IMG/VR virus record: IMGVR_UViG_3300027859_000006
Span: 32,001 to 96,000 of that record
DNA length: 64,000 bases
Origin: a virus
Reading direction: 5' to 3' (one strand)
A program made the position numbers and the translations under genes. Of this stretch, positions 10,155-18,745 are shown one piece after another. The notes below the pieces were generated by a model. The model did not search any database, was not told where the DNA came from, and was given only the letters and a program-made list of their open reading frames with translations. Positions within the stretch are counted from its first letter, which is position 1. Each line of letters starts with the position of its first letter.

Positions 10155-11306
10155 TTATCGGAAAAACGTAATGTTTACTTCGTCACCGTCGTCCATATCA
10201 GCGCTACTAGGAATACCTTTAAATTCTAGAGACTGAGATATGATAGAGTCTACTGAAACAGCTGGAATACCAATGTGCGCTTGAGGAAGGTTTACTTCCA
10301 CACGGCTACTATTAGATTTACCACCTAGTTCAAAAGTGATGTTAGAAACGTTAATAACGTTTTTGTTCTGTACCATTTGTTTTAGTAAGTCCGCAGAACC
10401 ATAAGCGTTTGCGTCACTAGAACCGTCGGCCAGACCAACACCGTCACGTAGGTAACTATCCATTGTACCAGATACATCAAATGTACCAGTGAATGAACCC
10501 ACCGGAGTATCTACTTCAGCTAGTGTTGAAGGGGTTACATAACTGATGTTGTTATTGATAGTTAGTGAACCACCGGTTAGAGCAATACGGTAGTATGAAG
10601 TAGTACCACCAGCATTAGATTGCATAGTAACAGTTGTTAACTTACTTAAGATGTAAGAACGGTCGGGTGGAATACCTACGAAAGAATCTGCTGTAGGTAG
10701 ATCAGGATTGAACGTTTCCGCGGTAGCCGACATAAATGCAGGAGCTGCGATTTCAACCATCTCTGTACCTTGTCCAGACCAGTTAGTCATAGCAATGTCA
10801 GCAATGTCTAGAGGTATGGAAGCTTCGTTAACCTGAGCTTCTTTAACTAGATAAACTTTGTTATCAATCTTAAAGTAAAGGTTAAGCTTAGTCAGTACGT
10901 GAGCACCGTTTTTAGTGAATCCGATTTTAAACTCTGAACCTGTTGAGTAAACGTCAGTTTGACCAGCATTACCTGCGCCATCACCTTGCAGTTCAAGAGG
11001 AAGGTCATTGCTAGTTGCTAGAGCATGCCATAGGATAGCATCTAAAGCATATACATCACCGTTTACTAAGTACGGGTTTAAGTATGTTGAGAAACTCCAG
11101 TCAACAGGGTCTAGATTAGTATTGAAACGTCTAGAACCACGAGTTGGTGTAGGGCCTGCCTCTTCTGGGGAAATATCCTCAGAAGCCATGTTCTGACCTA
11201 AACTATACCCGTCTTGAATTGGGATCTCAAATGTATTTGAGTTATCGTGTCCAGTGTCCACTGTACTAACCCAAAGTCTGGTATTACGTGATAAATTTAA
11301 AGACAT
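10155..11306 (-). CDS. major tail tube protein (T5 pb6-like)
   Basis: MSLNLSRNTRLWVST, RGSRRFN, WSFSTY motifs; 383 aa. Confidence 0.9.
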   Translation of the reverse strand: MSLNLSRNTRLWVSTVDTGHDNSNTFEIPIQDGYSLGQNMASEDISPEEAGPTPTRGSRRFNTNLDPVDWSFSTYLNPYLVNGDVYALDAILWHALATSNDLPLELQGDGAGNAGQTDVYSTGSEFKIGFTKNGAHVLTKLNLYFKIDNKVYLVKEAQVNEASIPLDIADIAMTNWSGQGTEMVEIAAPAFMSATAETFNPDLPTADSFVGIPPDRSYILSKLTTVTMQSNAGGTTSYYRIALTGGSLTINNNISYVTPSTLAEVDTPVGSFTGTFDVSGTMDSYLRDGVGLADGSSDANAYGSADLLKQMVQNKNVINVSNITFELGGKSNSSRVEVNLPQAHIGIPAVSVDSIISQSLEFKGIPSSADMDDGDEVNITFFR

Positions 11307-11317
11307 TAATTATTCTC

Positions 11318-11785
11318 CTAGTAATCTCTTCTTTTTTCATATTCTACAGAGAGTAGTATCTCCCCAATTCCTTGAGGCTGTAATAGACCTTCATCTGTAG
11401 TGATAGACAATATAGTGTTGGATATAGTTTTATGGGTCTCCTGACCACTACTTGTAATTAAATTATACGCCATATCCAAATTCTTGTCAAAAAACTTTTC
11501 TAAGTCACCAATGATTTGCTCAAGTTCCCCTTGGGCATCATCTTGGTTTTTTACATATACTCGTACAGCAACTTCAAGCCTACAAAGGGTAAAGTTGGAG
11601 GGCATGTCTTCTCTAGTCTCAGGCCCAGGAGTAACAGTAATAGTAGGGAAATTCTCTATATCTTGGAAATGTCGAACTCTAGATTCCACATTACCGTACA
11701 TGTTAGTAAGGTAATCCCCAGTACCGTTTAACACTTGTTGTAACTTTTCTACATATGCGACTGGAATCGCTATTCTGGCATTCAT
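11318..11785 (-). CDS. tail terminator (T5 p142-like)
   Basis: 155 aa; SITTDEGLL motif; synteny. Confidence 0.8.
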   Translation of the reverse strand: MNARIAIPVAYVEKLQQVLNGTGDYLTNMYGNVESRVRHFQDIENFPTITVTPGPETREDMPSNFTLCRLEVAVRVYVKNQDDAQGELEQIIGDLEKFFDKNLDMAYNLITSSGQETHKTISNTILSITTDEGLLQPQGIGEILLSVEYEKRRDY

Positions 11786-12492
11786 CTAAAGTCACCATTA
11801 ATAATATTGCCGTGTTTGTTTCTTCCTGAGTACACGCTAAATCTAGTATTAGCTAAATCTTGGTCACTTATTAGTAACGATAAAGCATCAGCTATTGCGT
11901 TAGAGAATATATCCCTAGGGTCACGGCCTTTCTTATACTGAGCAAATCCCGGTTCAAATGTTTGATACGGGTAATGCAAATAAGTAAAGTGTATGCTACT
12001 TCTCTTTAGGTTAAAGCTAGTAATATTAACAGAGTTAGCTAACCTACCAGTCCTAAAGTTTAGTGTGTTTCCGTACTTGTGCCCTTTCATAATTTCTTTA
12101 GCTTTTATCTTAACCATACTATTAAGAAGAGTAGCTAATTTAAGAGCACCAATAAATCTTCCAGACCTAGAGCGAAGTGCTTGAGCCGACTTGGTAACAT
12201 TGATCCTTTTAGTTCTAGAGAAACCTTTTATCTTGTTACCTGTGCTGTCACCTACTATAGTAGATACAATACCATCGACTTCAGATTCTAATACCTCTAT
12301 AGCAGCATCTATAATTTGCTCTATACTTTTCTCCGAGGTTTCTATTCCTCTAGAGTCCAATGTATAAGCTAAATCTGCTCCACGCTCTACTAACATTTCC
12401 CTGTATTCTTGAACTCGTCCTAAAGCTATAGAATCTAAGAGTTTAGCTTCTACTAATTTTCGATATTCTAAATCTAGGAAACTGGTAAACAT
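11782..12492 (-). CDS. tail completion protein (T5 p143-like)
   Basis: RTGRLANSV, YPYQTFEP, RDPR motifs; synteny. Confidence 0.75.
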   Translation of the reverse strand: MFTSFLDLEYRKLVEAKLLDSIALGRVQEYREMLVERGADLAYTLDSRGIETSEKSIEQIIDAAIEVLESEVDGIVSTIVGDSTGNKIKGFSRTKRINVTKSAQALRSRSGRFIGALKLATLLNSMVKIKAKEIMKGHKYGNTLNFRTGRLANSVNITSFNLKRSSIHFTYLHYPYQTFEPGFAQYKKGRDPRDIFSNAIADALSLLISDQDLANTRFSVYSGRNKHGNIINGDFR

Positions 12493-13034
12493 TATAACAC
12501 CCTGAACATATCTAATATAGTTCTAATGTGACTTGGTAAAATACTAGCATCAGTAAAGTCTACTGACTGTCCGTTACCTATATCTTTAGACTTATTAAAT
12601 TCCCTTTTATCGTAGTAAGTTGTTAGCTCTACTGCCGCTTGTTTAAGTGCAAAAGGCACTACAGTATACCCGTAGGTATAGTCAACAATAAATGCTCTAG
12701 GATTTCTAGGTAGGTTTATTGAAGGGTCGATTAGTTCTATCGTGCCCTCTTGAGGGTGCAGAATGTATTGGGAAGAATCAAGCTCTTCGGTATACTCAGA
12801 TGACCTTTTAATCCCTAAATACTCTACACTTATGATAGGAGTATCTGGTAATATGATGTAGTAATTGCTTTGGTTTAGTCGTACTCCGGTAGCTACCGAA
12901 CCGCTAAAACTAACTTGACAGTATTCTTCTATAATACTATTAACAGCATCAATTAAAGGCTGGAGCTGAGTATCTTGTTTAGGATTGTTTATACCCTTAA
13001 ATAATTTGTATTCGTTTAGAGTTATAACACTCAT
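12492..13034 (-). CDS. head completion/head-tail adaptor (T5 p144-like)
   Basis: ATG at 13034 with GGGAG SD (preferred over 13064); Y..GY..VP.ALKQAAVEL adaptor motif. Confidence 0.8.
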   Translation of the reverse strand: MSVITLNEYKLFKGINNPKQDTQLQPLIDAVNSIIEEYCQVSFSGSVATGVRLNQSNYYIILPDTPIISVEYLGIKRSSEYTEELDSSQYILHPQEGTIELIDPSINLPRNPRAFIVDYTYGYTVVPFALKQAAVELTTYYDKREFNKSKDIGNGQSVDFTDASILPSHIRTILDMFRVL

Positions 13035-13046
13035 ATTTGCTCCCAA

Positions 13047-13080
13047 TAAAAAAGCCCCACCCAAAGGTGGGCAGGGCTTC
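13047..13080 (-). terminator. rho-independent terminator after capsid gene
   Basis: GC-rich hairpin GCCC..CCACC/GGGTGGGGC followed by a T-run on minus strand. Confidence 0.75.
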
Positions 13081-13098
13081 TGTTTTAAGTATTATCTA

Positions 13099-15036
13099 TT
13101 ACGCCGCTGCGTAAGTAACTGCAACAACACCTTTGTCTTGTCCGTCAGTGTCACGGATTAGAGACTCTAGGTTTAGACGTTGTGTAGCAACGATAACACG
13201 ACGATCTTTCTCTACGTCGAAGTCAGTACGTACTGTAACTGTACGCTGAGTTGGAACTAGGAAGTTCTTAGTGTTAACTAGTACTGCGTATGCTTTTGAA
13301 AGCCCTGGAGCTTCGAAATGGTCAGATACTAGAACTGGCATACCGTAGATAGAACCTACTTGACCAGATAGCTTAGTAGCTGCCCCACCTACTAGGTTAA
13401 CATCAGCCCATGCGTCGTCTTCGATTAGCGCGTAGTAAGCCTCTGTAGAAACTACTAGAGTAACATCACGTACGTTTAGACCGTAAAGCTTCATTTTCTT
13501 ACGAGCTTTAAGAATCATTTTAGCTGTGATTGGAATGTTACCGTTAGCTGTCGCTGTAGATGTTTCAACACCACCAGCTTTGTTAGTGTCGCTAGAAGCT
13601 TCAGCAGCTGTAGCACGTGGAACTAGACCCTTAGGCTCTGTAGTACCATTACCTAGTAAGAATGCACGGTCGATTTCGTTAGCGTGAGACTCAACTAAGT
13701 GTTGACGAATTAGAGGTAGAAGAGGTATGATAGCATCTTCTGATGTTTCGTCAGTGATGTAGCTCTTAGCAGCAAGCTTCATTGTTTTAAGCGTGATTTC
13801 GCTTAGAGCTGCTGTGATCTCGCTACCAGTACTTGCGTCAGTACCGTAAGCTGTACCAGATACCCATGAAGCGTTCTTACGGTCAGGGTTTACTGGGATA
13901 GTTAGGTTAGCAGACGTCATTGTAATGTCGCGGAAAAGTGGAGCGATAACAAGTTCTGCTTGAATGTCGCGGATTAGGTCAGTAGAGAACACTGTCTCGT
14001 ACGCTTCGCTAGAAACTTCGATTGAAGAAGAATCGTTAACCGCTTTAACTGATTCACCGAATTTAGTACCAAAAGTACCTTTCTGTGTAACGATACCTAG
14101 TAATACTGCGTCATTAACAGACTTACGAGTATCGGGGTTCATTCCGTCAGTTACTTTGTTATAAGAGAACGACTTAGTACGAGATGCAACTACTTGCTTG
14201 ATTTCTTCACGTAGTGCTTCGATTTCGTCTTCGCGAGCTTTAAGAGTATCTGCGAAACTCTTTTGGTTGCTAGCAATTTTGCCTTCAAGCTCGTCTACGA
14301 TAGACTTAGCAGCTTCACGAGCTTGAGTTTTAATTTCTTCCGCTTGCTTAGCAGCTGCGGCTTTAGCAGCGGCTTCTTTAGCCTTTGCGTCAGCTTCTTT
14401 TTGGCGTTCTTTATCTAATAGGCCCATAACGTCGTCTAGGGTTAAGCCTGTATTTTCATTTTTTGTTGACATATCTTGGATTTCCTTAATATCTGTATTT
14501 TCAGCCTCTTCAGCAGGAGGCACGAATTCTTTTTTAAATGCCTCTGCGTCAACTAGTGACTTAGAGACCGAAAATGTAGAGTCTTGGTTGCAAGGAACGG
14601 AAACTACCGAAACCTCTAGTAACTCTAGGTCTGTAATCATATAAGTGTCTGTTTTACTATGATACTCAGCATCATGGATGTAAAAACCTACACTAAATGT
14701 GGACAATACGCCATCCTTAATAAGATGGTATACGTCTCCAGCTCCCTTGCTAATCTTAGCTTCGATGAAAAGTCCATTATCATCTGCGTACCAGTTAGTA
14801 GCTTTACCGATTGGCTTGCTATGGTCGTGGAAGGCTAAAATTATTGGGTTCTTTGAATAGTTGCTAGTAGCATTGCTTTTTAACCAAGTGTCCTTTGGTA
14901 TAACATCGCCAGCTCGGTCCTTTGTGACCGTATTGGCGTAGCCACTAATTATAATATCAGAAGACTCGTCGTCAGCCATCTTAACTGTTTTAATCTGGCT
15001 GACAATTTTACCTTCGTATTTATTCTTTAGAGTCAT
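13099..15036 (-). CDS. fused HK97-type prohead protease + major capsid protein (with scaffold delta domain)
   Basis: N-terminal GYAN..DRAGD, HDH, FSVGF, LLEVSVVSVPCN protease motifs; coiled coil; C-terminal HK97-fold capsid motifs; internal SD + ATG at 14472. Confidence 0.9.
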   Translation of the reverse strand: MTLKNKYEGKIVSQIKTVKMADDESSDIIISGYANTVTKDRAGDVIPKDTWLKSNATSNYSKNPIILAFHDHSKPIGKATNWYADDNGLFIEAKISKGAGDVYHLIKDGVLSTFSVGFYIHDAEYHSKTDTYMITDLELLEVSVVSVPCNQDSTFSVSKSLVDAEAFKKEFVPPAEEAENTDIKEIQDMSTKNENTGLTLDDVMGLLDKERQKEADAKAKEAAAKAAAAKQAEEIKTQAREAAKSIVDELEGKIASNQKSFADTLKAREDEIEALREEIKQVVASRTKSFSYNKVTDGMNPDTRKSVNDAVLLGIVTQKGTFGTKFGESVKAVNDSSSIEVSSEAYETVFSTDLIRDIQAELVIAPLFRDITMTSANLTIPVNPDRKNASWVSGTAYGTDASTGSEITAALSEITLKTMKLAAKSYITDETSEDAIIPLLPLIRQHLVESHANEIDRAFLLGNGTTEPKGLVPRATAAEASSDTNKAGGVETSTATANGNIPITAKMILKARKKMKLYGLNVRDVTLVVSTEAYYALIEDDAWADVNLVGGAATKLSGQVGSIYGMPVLVSDHFEAPGLSKAYAVLVNTKNFLVPTQRTVTVRTDFDVEKDRRVIVATQRLNLESLIRDTDGQDKGVVAVTYAAA

Positions 15037-15253
15037 TAGCTTGGTTACCTGATTTTACCGCCGGTGCTTTCTTAGCAGGAGATTTTGTTTCTTCTCCAGC
15101 TAGTGCATCTTGGTAACGAACAACGAAGTTGTCCCACGTACCGTACTCTTTAGAAATATCAGCCACTAGGCATGGTGCTTCTGGATCGTTGCGGAACGCT
15201 GTTTTACCTGGCAGGTCTTTGCCGTAATGTTTCATTATTTTCTCTAGTAACAT
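15020..15253 (-). CDS. hypothetical head-module protein
   Basis: 77 aa, overlapping both portal and protease genes. Confidence 0.6.
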   Translation of the reverse strand: MLLEKIMKHYGKDLPGKTAFRNDPEAPCLVADISKEYGTWDNFVVRYQDALAGEETKSPAKKAPAVKSGNQANDSKE

Positions 15254-16464
15254 TATTTGTCATCTTCGTTTGTTGAAGGCTTGCCGCCTTCCTGACCTGA
15301 TACTCCGGTAGCAGAACCTGCAACGTTTGCAGGAATTCTGATTTCGTCTAGTAATGGGTCTTCTAAAGGTTCTAGTCTTAGTATTGAACGAGCTTCTTTG
15401 CCCAGCATAATACCATTGTTGACTAGAGATGAAAGTCTGTCTGACTCTGCTTTTAAGTCTGGTCTTAGAGCGACCACTTTATGAGTAGTTAACTCAATAT
15501 CATAAGCAAAGAAAAACTCAAATGCAGACTCAAATTTTCTCATCATCGGAAGAATGGTAGTGGAGAATAACAACTCCATATTCGGCCTAAGGTTAGCATT
15601 ATTACCAGAATCTAGTAGTATATGAGGTATACCCAGTGCTAAGGCTATTCGTTTTTCCATCGCTTCCATGGATTCGTTAAAGTCTAAATCTCTAAAGCTA
15701 TTTGTATTTAGTGACTTAGCCTTCATTCCAGCATCAAGAATCATAGGTCTACCCTGCGAGTCTTTAGGGTTAAACTTAGACATCCACTCTTTTTCGCGTC
15801 TATCTTTTAATCTGGTAGATAGTACTGCTTCAGTCTCTACGACTAGGCCAATCATTGTACCATTTTCGTAGAATCTAGCCTGAAAATCTAGAGCGGTTTC
15901 GTGTGTAAGGATTGTCTTGATAGCTGCTAGTAATCTTGAACGTCCCCTGAAGTTTCGGTACTCGGAACTTGAGGAATTGTCTCTGATGTGTATGATTTCA
16001 TTAGGTTTAAACTTAACAATAGAATTATAAACATACTCGCTAACGTACGCCTTTTCATCAGTTTTAATCTCCATGTGTCTTGCAGGTACATGGTAGAAGC
16101 CTGAACCGTCAAAGTGAACAAAAACGTTACCCTCGATAATCATGTCTAGAAGTAATAGCCTTTTAAACGTATTGATATCCATGTATGGGTTAGGTCTGTT
16201 GTTCATTAAAGTACTGAGCGTTTTGCCGCGCATGTTACCATCAGCTCTAGCCGTGAAACTAAGTTTGTCTTTTACATCAAACTCAATATCCGAACCTAAG
16301 TCTACTAGAAGGTTAACGCAGCGGTTAACAATTTCCATTAGGTTGTACGCGTTTTCAGTTGTTCTAATTTTGTTCTGGTTTGTCCCAACGTGTGTACCCG
16401 CCTCTTCAGCTATGTACCTTTGGGCGGGGTTTGCTTTAGAATGAATTTTGCTTCGTAAGCTCAC
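15253..16464 (-). CDS. portal protein
   Basis: 403 aa HK97-family portal motifs (NNRPNPY, EIIHIRD, IALALGIP, NGIM..EAR). Confidence 0.92.
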   Translation of the reverse strand: MSLRSKIHSKANPAQRYIAEEAGTHVGTNQNKIRTTENAYNLMEIVNRCVNLLVDLGSDIEFDVKDKLSFTARADGNMRGKTLSTLMNNRPNPYMDINTFKRLLLLDMIIEGNVFVHFDGSGFYHVPARHMEIKTDEKAYVSEYVYNSIVKFKPNEIIHIRDNSSSSEYRNFRGRSRLLAAIKTILTHETALDFQARFYENGTMIGLVVETEAVLSTRLKDRREKEWMSKFNPKDSQGRPMILDAGMKAKSLNTNSFRDLDFNESMEAMEKRIALALGIPHILLDSGNNANLRPNMELLFSTTILPMMRKFESAFEFFFAYDIELTTHKVVALRPDLKAESDRLSSLVNNGIMLGKEARSILRLEPLEDPLLDEIRIPANVAGSATGVSGQEGGKPSTNEDDK

Positions 16465-16476
16465 TTAACGCTGTCC

Positions 16477-16887
16477 TCAAATCAAAGAGGCAAATCTACC
16501 TTTAGTAGTCTTGCCCTCTGCTTTGTCGCGCTGTTTTTCAACCCAACGCTCCTGTTTCTTAGCGGTGTGCAAAGGAGGCTCACGTCCATAGATAGAATGT
16601 AGTTTTCTATGATGCTCTTCGCAAAGAGTAACAGTGTAGTCTACAAGCTCATACCAATACATCTTATAAAAGTCATCTCGCATTGCTCGGACTTCTTCAT
16701 CTGTATCTACTGGAATATTATGCTCCTCTACGTAATTCTTGAAGAGGGTAGAAACCGTGGTATAGTGGTGTAATTCCAGTTTTTCTTCCGTACTACATAT
16801 TGCACACTTACAGTCCTTTTTATAGTTGGACTTTATACCGTCTCTAATATGTTTTACGGCAACCCGCTTTTTGGTATTTGCTGCCAT
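16477..16887 (-). CDS. HNH-type nicking endonuclease (T5-like, between terL and portal)
   Basis: CAIC...LELHH...TLCEEHHRKLHSIYG; ATG at 16887 with GGAGG SD. Confidence 0.8.
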   Translation of the reverse strand: MAANTKKRVAVKHIRDGIKSNYKKDCKCAICSTEEKLELHHYTTVSTLFKNYVEEHNIPVDTDEEVRAMRDDFYKMYWYELVDYTVTLCEEHHRKLHSIYGREPPLHTAKKQERWVEKQRDKAEGKTTKGRFASLI

Positions 16888-16916
16888 AAATTTTTTCCTC
16901 CTAATCAATATAAGCT

Positions 16917-16945
16917 ATTATAAACACTTTTATAAATTTGTAAAG
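16917..16945 (-). promoter_or_regulatory. late promoter for head genes
   Basis: TTTACA-N17-TATAAT on minus strand. Confidence 0.65.
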
Positions 16946-16969
16946 TATTTAATTTAGTCCTACTTCTGT

Positions 16970-18253
16970 CTATACAGTAAAGCTATATAAAGCATATCTC
17001 AACGCGTCAGCTATGTGCGAAAATGCATCATGGACAGGTTTAGGCTTTAGTAGCTCAGGACGAGGATCCCACCTATAGTTAGCAAGCATGTCTAGAGTAT
17101 GTATACAAGACTTATCTACTATTAACTTTCCGTTGTCTACTAAGCTTTGAACGTACGCTATACCATCCAGTACCGATTTTATGCTAGGGTTGGACGGGAT
17201 ATCATGTAACTCTGCTAAATCCTGCCTAAACTGCGCAGCGGCAGAGTCACAGAATACAAAGTCCGTATCATCACCCATCATTTTTCGTATGTGTTCTGCG
17301 TGTTGGTCTGTATTTCTTTGTGCTTCCAAGTACTCATCAACAAGATAAAATACCTTCTCATCGAAAGAATAGTAGAGCTTAACAACCGCAGTAGGGTCTT
17401 TATAACCAGCGTCAATACCCATAAGAGCATCGCAATCTTTAAAGTTACGTCCAGACAAGTCCTGAACATACTTATCGGCATCGAACCCTTCGTAGATTTG
17501 ACCTTCGAACGTTGTAAAGTCCGCTTCATACTCTTGTCTAAACTCCGCATTAGACATTGAAAGCTTAGCTTCCTCAATGTCAGCCTCAGACGTTCTAGGG
17601 TTATCTCTCCATGTAGAGTGTATTGAAGCCCAGAAAGGGTACTTGTCGTCATAACCACGCATGTAGAAGTCATGGAAGTAGTTAGTACCACGAGGTGTTG
17701 AAATAAATATAGCTTTAGAATTATCTTTGTCTAGAGTAGGACGTAACTGGATGTTGAAAGCATCCACGCCTTTAGGGTCTAGCGCGGCTTCGTCAAATAG
17801 TATCAGGTCATAAGAACGACCTACACAAGAGTTAGCTTGAGATACAGAACCCAGCTTTATTAGAGAGCCATTCTCTAGTACAATCTCTTTATCCTTAGCA
17901 TTTAGCTTTTCGGTTTTTATATCATGCTTCTTAATAAGCTTTAACTGCTCTGTCCATGAAATGTTAGATAGTGAGTAGTTAGGTGATATAATAAGTATTT
18001 GAGTGCCTGGCTCTAGAGCCTTTAGGAACGCTATGTGGTTAGCACTAAATGTCTTACCTGTACGTCTTGAAAGACACCCTACCACAAAACGGTGAGCAGG
18101 GTCATTGATAGCATTAATTAGTGCTATCTGAGGAGGTATTAACTCTACCCCCTCTAACTCGAAGAATTGGTCGACTGGAAGCTTTAGAAATCGTTTCTCT
18201 AAAGGAAAGTCTTGCAGCTCTTCAAAGTTAATACTGGCTCTAGATACTTGCAT
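16970..18253 (-). CDS. terL: terminase large subunit
   Basis: Walker A SRRTGKT, Walker B LILFDEAA, ISTP, nuclease GIDAG...HIADALRYA. Confidence 0.95.
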   Translation of the reverse strand: MQVSRASINFEELQDFPLEKRFLKLPVDQFFELEGVELIPPQIALINAINDPAHRFVVGCLSRRTGKTFSANHIAFLKALEPGTQILIISPNYSLSNISWTEQLKLIKKHDIKTEKLNAKDKEIVLENGSLIKLGSVSQANSCVGRSYDLILFDEAALDPKGVDAFNIQLRPTLDKDNSKAIFISTPRGTNYFHDFYMRGYDDKYPFWASIHSTWRDNPRTSEADIEEAKLSMSNAEFRQEYEADFTTFEGQIYEGFDADKYVQDLSGRNFKDCDALMGIDAGYKDPTAVVKLYYSFDEKVFYLVDEYLEAQRNTDQHAEHIRKMMGDDTDFVFCDSAAAQFRQDLAELHDIPSNPSIKSVLDGIAYVQSLVDNGKLIVDKSCIHTLDMLANYRWDPRPELLKPKPVHDAFSHIADALRYALYSFTV

Positions 18254-18744
18254 TAACTACTCCCTAACTTGCTAATTAGCTTGTCATACGAAGACTCTTC
18301 AATAACATAGTTGTTATACTGATTATTAGTCTGGTTCTTAATTTGAACTTCTTCTTTCTTACGCTCAAGTTCTAGAAGCTCTTTCTTAACCTTAGCCTCG
18401 AATTCAAGCTCTTTCATCTTCATAGCGTGCTGTGCTTGCAGCAGGTCTAGAATATCTTTACTAGAGCCCATGTCGGTATCGTCCATTTCTTCTAGTTTCT
18501 TAGCAATAAGTTCATCCATGACTCTAGCCATCTTAAAGCGATTTCGGAATCCTGCTTCGTGATAAATTCTATCTACATATTCCTTGATCTCACGCTTATT
18601 TAATTCTGATTGTAAGTCCGCTACTGGAAGCCCTAGCTCTAGACTAGTCTTCTCTATATCGCCACCAGACATTATATATGCCTCGGCTACTTTTAACCCT
18701 TCCGGACTTAACTTTTCTGGGTCTATTAATTCTGTACTGCTCAT
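18253..18744 (-). CDS. terS: terminase small subunit
   Basis: LSPEG..VAEAY HTH start, GSSKDI motif of T5-like TerS; coupled to terL. Confidence 0.85.
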   Translation of the reverse strand: MSSTELIDPEKLSPEGLKVAEAYIMSGGDIEKTSLELGLPVADLQSELNKREIKEYVDRIYHEAGFRNRFKMARVMDELIAKKLEEMDDTDMGSSKDILDLLQAQHAMKMKELEFEAKVKKELLELERKKEEVQIKNQTNNQYNNYVIEESSYDKLISKLGSS

Positions 18745-18745
18745 G

